NCBI RefSeq assembly: GCF_009914755.1
Contig: NC_060925.1
DNA length: 64,000 bases
Direction: 5' to 3' (one strand)
Origin: the human T2T-CHM13v2.0 reference genome, Homo sapiens
The position numbers and the translations under genes were made by a program. Every line of letters starts with the position of its first letter. Position 1 is the first letter of the stretch. Under the pieces are notes generated by a model. The model ran no database searches and had not been told where the DNA came from. It saw only the letters and a program-made list of their open reading frames with translations. Below, in pieces: positions 1 to 13,237 of this stretch.

Positions 1-419
1 TTTATAGTTTAATACTTGTTGAGTATCTGGCAAAGTGTTGCCTGTTGTTTAATAGTGCTTAATATTGTCTTTGTGGTACTGTATCCAAGTTCAATGATGA
101 GAGAATAAAAGGCCAACTTATGAACAAAGGAAAATAAAGGTAGGTGTGAGTACTACATTTATCTTTGTAACTTTTAATAAACCAGTTAAATATCCTAAAC
201 TTTTATACCTTTTTAATAGTTTTAGACTCTTGCAAAGTTATTGGATTTTGTTTTGTTGTTGGTTTATTTAACATTCAGAGGTGTGTGTGTTTTATGGCAT
301 GCAGGGGTGGCAATGTCTGCCAGTGATATCTTGAGATTCAGAGATAATATTAACCAACTGAGAAGAAGGGCTGCAGTTTATACTTGTTGATTCTGGTGGA
401 ATCCTGAGACCTGTCCACC

Positions 420-830
420 TATTGCTAACTAAAAAGCATTTTGTAACTCAGTGGCCTAAGACAAAAATAATTTACTGTTGCTCATATTCAGTTTGTCAAC
501 TGGGGTTCAGCAGATCTGGACTGGGCTCTGCTTCTCACTACAGCTCTACAGATCAGCTGGCAGGGTAAGAGGAGGCAAGGTCTGCTTTAAGCTGCCAGTG
601 GTGGGAGCAGATTTGTATCACATGAGTCTTATCCTCCCTACCCTGGGCATGTCCTTCTCATGGCAAATGGTGAAAGTGCAAGAGAGCAAATGGAAATGCA
701 AAGCAAGCAACAGGACTAAGCCCAAAGTCAAGCCCCACTCACAATGAGGCCATGACAAGGATGTGAATGCAGTGAATGGGGCAGAGAATGCAGATAATGG
801 GGCAAAGAATTGGGACCAATGATACCACGA
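420..830 (-). mobile_element. Old MaLR LTR fragment (MLT1/MLT2-like)
   Basis: Degenerate MLT-like motifs; boundaries approximate. Confidence 0.4.
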
Positions 831-2029
831 ACTCATGTAGGAAAGAAGGAACTGGAGAGGAAAGATCCATAAGACCAAGGGAAGATTGGGATACGAGGAA
901 GTAGAGAAGTAAGACAAGCACTCTGTAAATAGTTAAGCCTACAGGAGATCAGTGGGGTTTCTGCTATCATCTAGGCAAGGAGTTCAGGACATGGAAAAGG
1001 AGTGATGACAAGAACTTCATCAATTCTTAACTTCTTCCAAGTCTGTGACCCAGTAGTAAAGAGCACTACAACCTTTTAAACAAAAGGCTATGTGTTTGTT
1101 CTTGGGGACTGCAAGAAGGCAGCTGTAGTCTTTTTGTAGAGACTCACTCTGCATTCAGTCACAGGAAAGTACTTTACACAATTAAAATGGAGACTGGTTG
1201 AGATTAACCTCTTTTCAGATTGCTTCTGTTCTGGGCTGCTGGCCTTAGGTGGCCTTCTGGGGAGGGTAAAAATCCTATGCAGCAGTGGAGCTCTCCCCTG
1301 CTCCATTTCTTTTCCTCCTGGTGATATATCCCTGGAATGTTTTGGAGAAGTTTAAGGATCTGTGTGAACATGAGGGAGAGGAGTAGATTCTCAAAGACTT
1401 GGTATAATTCAGATTAGATTTTCCCTCTCTCTGTGCAGAGATTTTGCTCCCTCTCAGTCTTCTCCTAAAGCTGGACTCAGGAAGAGCCAGCTGGCAAACA
1501 AGCTTTTAGGGGGAAGAAAGATTATACTTTCCAGTCAGAATAGGGGGAGTTTCTGGTTCCCCACATTTCTCCACAAAGCTTAAATCTGTTTTTATCCCCA
1601 ACTGTGAGTCATACTTATTGTTTGTAAGGTATCTATTTTAAACCATTTAAAAACAAGATTTGATATATTATAAGCTCTTACCGAAATGTATAAATTTGTT
1701 AATTGGCATAATTATTTGAAAGCCCTGCTTAATAGTAGAAATTTAAAGTAATCTACTAGCTACTTACATTCTCACTCTACTCTACAACCCAAAATGTAAT
1801 CAGACACCCAACCCATTTTAAGAAATTAACTCTATGTCTAATTGGTCTATTTAAAAATTCCCAAGTTCATGAATTCATGAATGTCTTTCATGAAAGACAT
1901 AGGTACTCTTGGGGAAGATAATTTTGTCATAAGTTTATGATAAGTAATGATACCACATCCAGCACAGCAGTTGCAATTAGGAATACTATTTGGTTTCATA
2001 TTTAATAATCCAATATTGTTCGTAATTCA

Positions 2030-4160
2030 TCTGTTTGCAGGGACCAAACTGGTGAATTAAAGGGGAATGCAATGAAGACAATCATACCTGCATCCTTTGG
2101 ATCTCAGGGTGGCGCTAATCTCTGCCATTCTTTTGTGATAAAATATTTTTAGTCTTGGTGTGGGCAGAAAGGGGACAGGTGGTGTGAAGTTTCAGGGGTT
2201 TCCACTTAATCTTCTCTACTACAGGACTTCTTACTGTATACATCAAGAAATGAATGTGAGGTTTCCACCAAATGCTAAATATGTCTCTTCCAATTACCAA
2301 GCTTGGAAGCAGGAAAATGAGCACAGCGTGGGACTGTGACCCATTGGATCCACCGTGAGGTGGATCTGGGCCAAGATTCCATTTGCTGTCTCAGCCGCAA
2401 ATGTGCCCCTACTCTAACAGCGGTGCCACGTTGGTGCTCTGAGCCCCCTGGGTATCAGCATCAACCCAAAATATGTATCTAATAGCTCTAGAAAGATCTG
2501 GGTAAATGGTCAAAGATTTTTTTGGGGCGGAAGATTGGAGAAATAACTACCATCTACAATTGCCATGGTGTTGCAGCATTCTTCCTCATAGGGACCTGGC
2601 CTCTCCTTCAGTAAATGGGTTCTAACCAGAGAGCCAAAAACTGATTAGGAGATTATGACTTTCTACAGAAGTGGCTGACTTCAGCCTTCTACCCAACCAT
2701 TCTTGATCTCTTGATTATATATAATAAGCAGTACCCTTTTTGGCTGTCCATTTATTTTGTCCCTAGGAACACCATGTTCTAGCCATCTCCTTTGATATCT
2801 GTAGGTTAGGCCTCTCTGGCTGCCATCCTGAGCCTGCTGCCCATTATGGTTATTACACCCACCTTGCTTCTGACAGTTAAGTGCTGCCACCTGACTTGGT
2901 TTTCCAGACTTCTATCATCTCCGTTGTTATTAGGCACCCAATTCTGTAGCCGCATGCCCTACCACCAGAACTGGCTTACAAAAGACAGCTACTGCTGAGG
3001 TTTTCAATGATGCTGAAGCCCCCTCACCAGTGCATTTCTTTCTAAATGGATTGCCCTGTGAGTTCTCTTAAGAATTTGGTCATCTAGTGGTTTTCTTGCC
3101 TTATTTAGCAGATGTAACCCAGCATACCCACTTCTCTGAAATTTCTAATACCTTCTCCATTATTTGTCACAAAAGTTCCTGCATTTTTACCTCACTTTGC
3201 TTCATTGCCTTTTTCAGTCTTCCAAAATGTTTCCTAGCATCAGCTTGAGTCACCTCCCAAGTCCTTGCTAGGGAATTAGCTTACAGCAGTGGTGGAGTGC
3301 CCCAAATCTCCAAGCTTTCCCTTAACAAACTTATACTCTGTTCCCTTTGGTTAGGCACTCCTAGGGTCCTCTCTTAGACACACTCTCTCAGCTTCTGCTT
3401 AGTAAGTTTTCTCTAGGTCCTGAGGTTCCTTGAACAAATAATGTCATCTTCCATTACGAAGGCCCAGCACTTTTCTGATTGAGCTGAGATTTGATGCTAG
3501 TTACGCATCAGGTGGCTAAGAGGGGAAGTGGGGGTATATCCTGAAGAGGACCCTTCATGGTCTTGTAAGGCCTTATTTGAAGTCTCTTTATAGTCTTCAA
3601 GCAAGGTGGAGAATGGGGGACAATCTTCAACAATGGAGAATAGGCCATTTCTTCAGGAACGGGGAGGGTTCAGGGGAAATTAAAGTTCGAAGTGCATATA
3701 TGCAAAGATCTATTCCAAGAGTCAAAATCACATGCTTTCCCTATTAAGATCATGACTTTGGCTTAAGAGACTTGCCTAGCCTGAGAGCTCTGCCTTCTCA
3801 GAGTTTTGCACTATTGCAATCAAGTCCTGTGCCCCCACCCCATTCCAGCTGCAGGAATTGAAGCCTTCTACTCTCATGCTTTGTATTAAAATTTTGACTA
3901 ATTTATCTGAGTCTGTAATTTTCTCTCAACTACTCATTCAACTCCAAGTAACTTATAACTATTTTCCCTCATTTCTCAAATGCCTGAGACACTGCACCAG
4001 ACATTCCACCCAAACCCACACCAGCTCATTACAATGGAAATCTTAGCAATCACACTGTATAGCATACCAGGGATTAATTCTCCACCTACCTCCACCAGTG
4101 GGGTCCTCATTGCCATCCAGCCAGCAAGTGAATTAACCCTAGAATCCATCTCCAATGCCA
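2030..4160 (-). mobile_element. ERVL-class internal remnant (gag/pro), HERV16/HERVL-like
   Basis: Minus-strand ORF fragments AALNCQKQGG...WLEHGVPRDKINGQP and KIKWKPLKL resemble ERVL gag and pro-pol motifs. Confidence 0.65.
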
Positions 4161-4162
4161 GT

Positions 4163-4921
<759 letters not shown>

Positions 4922-6869
4922 AATGATAAGCTTTTTAAAAATTGACTCTGTCATTTAAACTTCACAACAATTCCATGAAGGAGGTATTATGATTGTATCC
5001 ATTTTAGAGACAAGGAAAATGAATCCTGAGAATTCAAGTGACTTTCTCATGGTTATACAATGAAGGGCCATGTATTCAGGTGTAATAATATCATAGATAA
5101 AAAGGCATATCTCAGTTTCTGCATGTTTTAAATGGGTACATGCAGAACCTATCTCTGTTTATATCTTAATGTAGGGACACTAAGGTTAACCAACTGGATT
5201 CATATCCTGGGTTTTAAGTGCTTTACAATAATAGTGCCCTTAGAATTCAATTGTGAATCTTATTCCCTAAGTATTGTTGATCTTACGTATTGGTTTTATG
5301 TGTGTGTGTATCAACTCAGTTACTGGCAATATTCAATTAATTGAAACACTATATTTACCAATTACCTTGGATAGTCATTGTTAAAAATTACTAGGAAATT
5401 CTCCATTAAGTAATAAAAAGGCCAGAAAACAAGTCTCCATACGGGATTAATAATTTATTTGGCTTTGGGCTGTGTGTTAAGCACTTTACATCCATTTTCT
5501 CATTATGAAGTAAGTACTAGCATCACATCCCAATGCAGATAAGAAAACTGAGACTCTAGGGGGTTTGTTAACTATTTTCAAATCACTGAACTAGGAAGGG
5601 ATGGGTCTGAGAATGAAACTAAAACTACTATCTGACACCAAAACTAATATTGGACATTTAATGAGAAAATGGCTTATCTTAGATTCACATATATAGACAC
5701 AATTGGTGATAAGAGAGATCAGTATGGGTAAAGGAAATTTTCCACCTTCTCAGCTTTCTTTCACATGAGCCAAATCTGAAGGCTATGAAGGAGATGGAAA
5801 ATTTCAAAAAATACTCATTCACCCAGCACATCACTGAGCAGGAGAACATTTCTGAAACAAGAAAGAAGAATCATTAATAATGACTTGCTAAAATAAAAAG
5901 TATTTTTCTAGAGGCAGTGCCCTGAGCTGACACAGAATTGAGTGACTCTGACTCCACAGCTTGGATTAAATCATCAAATTGGGTTCTCTGGCATAGAGGA
6001 GGATGAAGTTTTGTGCAGGGGTTCGTATCTATTACTATAGGAACCATGCCAGCCACCTGCCCTCAAGGGTGGCTTCCCCAGAATGCTACTGAGATTTTCT
6101 TTGCTTTCTTTTCTGCTCACCACCTCCTACCACCAATGGAGAAGACAAGTGCTGAATCCCTCTGTGCTTTGTCTCCTGAGGCTACTCTGAAAAAGGAAGC
6201 AAAGCTGTCCCTCTGTTGGCAGAAGTCTACTCCTGTTGTCCTCAGATGTTACTTACCTTTCTAGACATCAATTTCCTCATTTGTGAAGTAGGAATAGTTC
6301 ACTCCTTTGGATTGTTGTGGGGATGAAATTATTTTATACACACACACACAAAATAGCACACACAACACTATTTTGTGTGTGTGCGCATGCACATACATGC
6401 GTGTCTAGGACAAAAACATTTCTGAATAAGTTCAGATACTCTCCCCATACCTCACTTTATTAAAAGTAGAAGAACTGAAGGAAGGGAATATTATTATCCT
6501 GTTCAAAACTCATATTGATTCTCTACAGCCTACGAGATTAAGAACAAACCCTGTCCAATATTCAAGACCTTCCTTGGTCCAGTCCTGGATTCCCTTCTCA
6601 GCTACCTTTCCCATGATGCTGCATCTCTCGCTAGTCACTGAACATGATCTGCACTTGCTGACCTTTATGCTTTTCTCATACCTTTCTCTCTACTTGCACC
6701 AGTCTCTCTAAATTTTGCCTAAATCTTATCTACCAGTTTAGTCTCAGAATGTGGGAATTCTATATAAATCAAATTTCAGGAATAGTTATGGGTAATAGTG
6801 TTTCATTCCATCAATGTAACTTATCATTTGCTGTGGGCGAAACTCCAGTTTAAGAATGTTTCTTAATGT

Positions 6870-7680
6870 TATCAAACCATCTGTGTATAACTTGATGGAT
6901 TTCTACAAGGTACACATGCTCATATAACTACCTCCCAGATCAAGAAATAGAGTTTTAGAAATACCCAAGAAGCCTCCCTTGTGCCCCTTTCTAATCTGTA
7001 CCCCCTTCTTCAAAGGTAGGTGTTGTAGTGATATATCATAGGTTGGCTTTTGTATTTTTAAACATTTTATATAAATGGAATCATACAACATATATTCTTT
7101 TGTGTATGGATGATTTTGACTAGTGTTTATGATATGTATTCATATTTTTACATATAGCAGTTCATTATTTATCATGGCTTCATAGCATTCAGTCACATAA
7201 AAATACTACTAACCATTTTATAGTGTTAACAGGCATTTTGGTTGTTTCCAATTTGGAGTTATAATGAACAATGTGATATGAACATTTTTATATTGATATT
7301 TTTGTCTACATGTGTACATGTTTTTGTGAGCTATATATAGGAGTGAAATTGCTAGGCATAGGGTATGCCTAATTTAAATTTAGTGAATACTGCTAGTTTT
7401 CCAAAGTGGTTGTATCTGTTTACACCCCCACAGAATATAGAATTTCAAGTGTTTTCTGTCTTCACCAACACTCATTATTGTATGTCTTTTTCATTACAGT
7501 CATTTTAGCAGATGTACAGTGGTGCTTTATTATGGTTTTTTCATTTTCTGGATGACTAATGATTTTGAGCTCCTTTTCATGTTTACTGGATATTTAGTAT
7601 TCTCTTCTGTGAACTGCCTATTCAAATTCCTTGCCCCTTTTGCTATTGGGTTAAGACTGTATAGCTTTTATGATTTCAAC
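6870..7680 (-). mobile_element. Old L1M (L1MC/L1ME-like) 3' fragment
   Basis: Typical antisense L1M 3' region motifs; boundaries approximate. Confidence 0.6.
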
Positions 7681-8012
7681 CCATTATTGCTGTATTGTCC
7701 CTCAGTGATTAAAATCTTACCTGTCTTATAGACCCTTTTATATAAAGCATGTGTAGAATTTCATCAGTAATTGTTTTAGAGTCCCTCAGGGCAGCCTAGA
7801 GTTGCGGCTTGAGCAGAAGGATCTCTGAATTTTGAACCTATAAGAGTTCTTCTGATATTTTATCTGACTCCAGTAAAGAAAGTTTGTTTTTTTAAAATTA
7901 TGTATAGTGAGTATTGAAAATTAAAATAAACAAAATGAATGAATCCAGGTATCAGTAGATAAAAAGTTTATTTCACAGACTTACCTTTTTAAAAAGATAC
8001 ATCAAAAAATAT

Positions 8013-8686
8013 TGAGATGGGATTGTTCCCTTGACCTTGACTCCCTTCATGGGCGGGAACTAGGGTGGCTCGGTTCACTCAGCCTGCCACTGGCCACTCC
8101 TCACAAGAGGGAGTGTGTGAGAAAGTGAGCGCAGGAAACAGAGGGAACAAATGCTGGAACCAGCCGGTCACTCCTGTCTGGCAGAAGCAGGCTCTGTGCA
8201 GGTCCTGCAGCAGCATCCAAGCCCCTGCCCTCTTGGCACCCGAGTTCTTGTCTGGCGCCCAGGAAGAATCAGGTCACACAAACGGATTGAAGGGTAGTAT
8301 ACACGGAGGATTTTATTGGGCAATAAGCGTGGCTCTCAGTGGGATGGGGAATTGGAAAGGAGGTAGTGCAGGAAGAAGGTGATGTTTCCCTGAAGCCACA
8401 CCATCTGAAGTTAGCCATGTCTATCCTTAGTCTCTGATGTTCAGTTGCTGCTTCTGTGCTTGACGCTCAGCCACTTGTATCCCCGATGCTCAGCAGCTTG
8501 TGTTCCTGACGCTCAGCAGATTGTATAACTCTGCCAGCTGAAATATTTTTGTGAACACAGGAAAGGGGCGTGGCAGGCCAAAAAAGCAACATTTGGGTGG
8601 AAAAACAGGGTCAGCTGTTTTCATTTAGGGCGATGGTTCCAGGCTTAAGGGTGGGGTTTGGCCAGGATCCCAGCCATTCTAGATCA
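8013..8686 (-). mobile_element. Solo ERV1 LTR (LTR27/LTR28/MER52-like group)
   Basis: TG...CA termini with 4-bp TSD ATAT (8009-8012 and 8687-8690); tttatt (minus-strand polyA signal) near 8312. Confidence 0.75.
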
Positions 8687-10476
8687 ATATGATAATTGAC
8701 CTCTAGGCAGGGGATAATGGCAAATAGGAGGCAGGCCTAACTTGCATCTCCCACTTAGATGGACAGAATAGCATGTGGAGACTCACATTGTGAACTTTTG
8801 CTCCAAGAACCACTGGAGAAACATACCATGAAAACCAAAAGAATTCACAGACCCTTTGAAAAAAGCAGCTTGCTGCTGTAAACTCCAGGAGGCAGCTGAA
8901 AAACTGCGGGTGCCCAAAGCGCGAGGCGGGAGAGGCTACCTCTGAACACACATCCTCACTGGAGAGTCTGAAAATCCAGATCACAGGAGAAGAATTTAAC
9001 CTTACCTAGAGCTGAAACGAATTTAGAAAGCTGGGAGAAATATAAAAGTAGAAGCAGCAGCATGAAGAGCCCTGTAGGCACTCCCAGGCCCCAAGAAAGC
9101 CCAGGGAACCCATTTCTGACTTTTATCTCACAGAAGTCCTTGAGGAGGGCTGTCAGTGGAGTTGGGGAAGGACCACAGGGAGAAGGAAACTTCCAGCTGC
9201 TTTGTAATAATTTCAACCAAGCATGAATTTTCCAGGGCAGAATCTGGGGGTGAATGGGAAGTGCAATCACAGAAGCCATGGTGAGGAGGGGCAAAACCTG
9301 AAAACCCTGCTTGCTTTCTTGGGCGCGGGGTTGGGGGGGTGGGGAGGGTGGCGGCGCTTGTAGCCTGGAGCAAGTTCCCAGTCCTGCTTACCAGCTGCCT
9401 GGATATAAACTCGGTGCTGTTGGGGGAGCATGGTGGGAGTGAGACTGGCCTAACTGGCTGTGTGGGAGCTGGGTGGGGCCTGTCACTGCGGCAACCTCCC
9501 ACTTCCCTGGTGACCTGCAGCCATAATCCCCCTAGGGATATAACTCCGTCAGTCTGAGAAACACAGCCCCATCCCCACAGTGGCCACAGCAAGCCCCACC
9601 CAAGGAAAGTCTGAGCTCAGACACACTTAACCCTTCCCCCACCTATGGTCTTTCTCTACGCGCTGTGGCAGCCGAAGTCATAATCTCTTGAGAGCTCTAT
9701 GGCACCACCCACCACCTGAGAAACCCCAGTATTTATCTAGGCTACCCTAGGGCAAGCTTGTATCCTTCCTATAATACTGCAGCGGATGCATTCTTCAAAG
9801 CGCCACCTCCTGGCTGGAGGCCAACCAACACAAACCATTACAGCAACTCATAAAAGAATAACCCTTCCCCAAGAAAGGAGAAAACAATAGCTAACTCCAC
9901 TGCCTGTGACATCCTGGCTAACTAGAGGTCCTGAGTCTGTCCACGTGACAACTTTACTGCCAGCAAAACCAGCATTCGAGAACACCTGAGCATTAAACAA
10001 AACTACAACTAAGGTCCCACACAGAGTCCACCTCACTTCCCTGCTACCACCACCAGAGCAGGTGCTGGTATCCATGGCTGAGAGACCTGAAGATGGATCA
10101 CATCACAGGACTCTTTGCAGACACTCCGCAGTACGAGCTCAGAGCCCAGTAGGCCCGCTGGGTGGCTAGACCCAGAAGAGAAATAACAATCACTGCAGTT
10201 TTGCATTCAGGAAGCCCCACCCCTAGGGGAAGGGGGAGGGCACCACATCAAGGAAGCACCCCATGGGACAAAAGAATCTGGAGTGCAGCCCTTGAGTCCC
10301 AGATCTTCCCTCTGTCATAGTCTACCCAAATGAGAAAAAAACAGATAAACAATTCTGGTAATATGACAAAACAAGGTTCTTTGACACCCCCAAAAGATCA
10401 CAGTAGCTCACCAGCAATGGATGTAAGCCAAGAAGAAATCTCTGAATTTCCAGAAAAAGAATTCAGAAGGCCAATT

Positions 10477-11452
10477 GTTTTTTCTGATAAATACAGTTTT
10501 ATTCATCTCATGATATTTCTAGGGATATTTTTATGTACCTGTTATATTTTAGCACCCATGATAGCCACACCCTAAATCTAGCTCTGAACACGCTATCAAA
10601 TTAATTAAATTGTAGCAATCACTAACACGTGGGTTGACTACGTGCCAGGCATTTTACATATATATATATATTTTTTTTTAAATTATACTTTAAGTTCTAG
10701 GGTACATGTGCACAATGTGCAGGTTTGTTACGTATGTATACATGTGCCATGTTGGTGTGCTGCACCCATTAACTTGTCATTTACATTAGGTATATCTCCT
10801 AATGCTATCCCTCCCCCATCCCCCAACCCCACAACAGTCCCTGGTGTGTGATGTTCCCCTTCCTGTGTCCAAGTGTTCTCATTGTTCAATTCCCACCTAT
10901 GAGTGAAAACATGCAGTGTTTGGTTTTCTGTCCTTGCGATAGTTTGCTGAGAATTATGTTTTCCAGCTTCATCCATGTCCCTACAAAGGACATGAATTAA
11001 TCCTTTTTTATGGCTGCATAGTATTCCATGGTGTATATGTGCCACATTTTCTTAATCCAGTGTATCACTGATGGACATTTGGGTTGGTTCCAAGTCTTTG
11101 CTATTGTGAATAGTAAAGACACAATAACGTATATGTGCATGTGTCTTTATAGCATACAATAAACGTATGTGTGCATGTGTCTTTATAGCAGCATGATTTA
11201 TAATCCTTTGGGTATATACCCAGTAATGGGATGGCTGGGTCAAATGGTATTTCTAGTTCTAGATCCTTGAGGAGTTGCCACACTGTCTTTCACATGGTTG
11301 AACTAGTTTACAGTCCCACCAACAGTGTAAAAGTGTTCCTATTTCTCCACATCCTCTCCAGCACCTGTTGTTTCCTGACTTTTTAATGATCGCCATTCTA
11401 ACTGGTGTGAGATGGTATCTCATTGTGGTTTTGATTTGCATTTCTCTGATGG
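10477..11452 (-). mobile_element. 5'-truncated L1PA (PA3-PA5-like) with about 190 bp of 3'-transduced sequence, inserted in L1PB ORF1
   Basis: 13-bp TSD cagaaggccaatt (10464-10476 and 11453-11465); L1PA 3' end at 10671-11452. Confidence 0.9.
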
Positions 11453-12920
11453 CAGAAGGCCAATTATTAAGCTACTCAAGGAAGCATCAGAGAAAGGTGA
11501 ATACCAACTTAAAGAAATTTTTAAAATGTTGCAGGATATAGACAGAAAAATCTCCAGAGAAATAGACAGCATAAATAAAAAACAATCACAACTTCTAGAA
11601 ATGAAAAACACACTTAGAGAAATGCAAAATACACCAAAAAGTCAACAATAGAATCAAACAAGTAGAAGAGAGAACTTCAGAGCTCAAAGACAAGGCTTTT
11701 GAATTAACCCAATACAACAAGGACAAAGAAAAAGGAATTTAAAAAAATGAATAAAGCCTCCAAGAAGTTTGGGATTATGTTAAACGACCAAACCGAAGAA
11801 TAATTGGTGTTCCCGAGGAAGAAGATAAATCTAAAAGTTTGGAAAACATATTTGAGGGAATAATTGAGGGAAATTTCTTGACCTTGCTAGAGATCTAGAT
11901 ATTCAAATACAAGAAGCTCAATGGACTCCCAGGAAATTCATTGCAAAAAGATCATCACCTAGGCACACAGTCATGAGGTTATCTAAAGTCAAGATGAAGG
12001 AAAGAATCTTAAGAGCTTTCAGGCAAAAGCATCAGGTAACCTATAAAGGAAGACCTATCAGATTAACAGGAGATTTCTCAAGAGAAACCCTACAAGCTAG
12101 AAGGGATTGGGGTCCTATCTTTGGCCTCCTTAAACAAAACAATTATCAGCCAAGAATGTTGTATACAGTGAAACTAAGCTTCATAAATAAAGGAAAGATA
12201 CAGTCTTTTTCAGAAAAACAAATGCTGAGAGAATTCACCACTACTAAGCCCATACTACAAGAACTGCTAAAAGGAGCTCTAAGTCTTGAAATAAATCCTT
12301 GAAATACACCAAAATAGAACCTCCTTAAAGCATAAATCTTACAGGGCCTATAAAACAATAATAAAATGAAAACAAAACAAGGTATTCAGACAACAACTAG
12401 CATGATGAATAGAAAAGTACCTCACATCTCAATATTAACATGGAAAGTAAATGGCCTAAATGCTCCACTTAAAAGACACAGAATGGCAGAATGGATAAGA
12501 ATTCACTAACCATGTATGTGCTATCTTCAAGAGACTCACCTAACAAATAAAGACTCACAAAAACTTAAAGGAGTGAAAAAAAAATATTCCATGAAAATGG
12601 ACACCAAAACCAAGCAGAAGTAGCTATTCTTATATCAGAAAAAAGGAACATTAAAGCAACAACAGTTTAAAAAGACAAAAAGGGACATTATATAATGACA
12701 AAATTTGTAGTTCAACAGGAAAATATCACAATCCTAAATTTATATGCACCTAACACTGGTGCTCCCAAATTTATAAAACAATTACTACTAGACCTAAGAA
12801 ATGAGATAGATGGCAACACAATAATAGTGGGGATTTCAGTACTCCACTGACAGCACTAGACAGGTCATCAAGACAGAAAGTCAACAAAGAAACAATGGAC
12901 TTAAACTATACATTAGAACA

Positions 12921-13237
12921 GGCCGGGCACAGCGGCTCACACACCTGCAATCCCAGCACTTTGGGAGGCCAAGGAGGGTGGATCATTTGAGGTCAGGAGT
13001 TCGAGACCAGCCTGGTCAACATGGTGAAATCCTGTCTCTACTAAAGATACTAAAATTTGCTGGGCATGGTGGTGCATGCCTGTAATCCTAGCTATTCAGG
13101 AGGCTGAGACAGGAGAATTGCTTGAACATGGGAGGCGGAGTTGCAGTGAGCCAAGATCACACCACTGTACTCCAGCCTGGGTGACAGAGTGAGACTCCGA
13201 CTCAAAAAAAATAAAAAAATTAAAATAAAATAAAAAT
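12921..13237 (+). mobile_element. AluS inserted in L1PB ORF2
   Basis: Alu dimer; imperfect TSD aaactatac..taga.ca. Confidence 0.92.

Noticed and set aside
7991-8004. aaaaagatacatca as a possible TSD of the L1PB (compare aaaagatatacca at about 18486)
   Set aside because: The match is imperfect and not adjacent to the L1 5' end even after removing the LTR; not supportable
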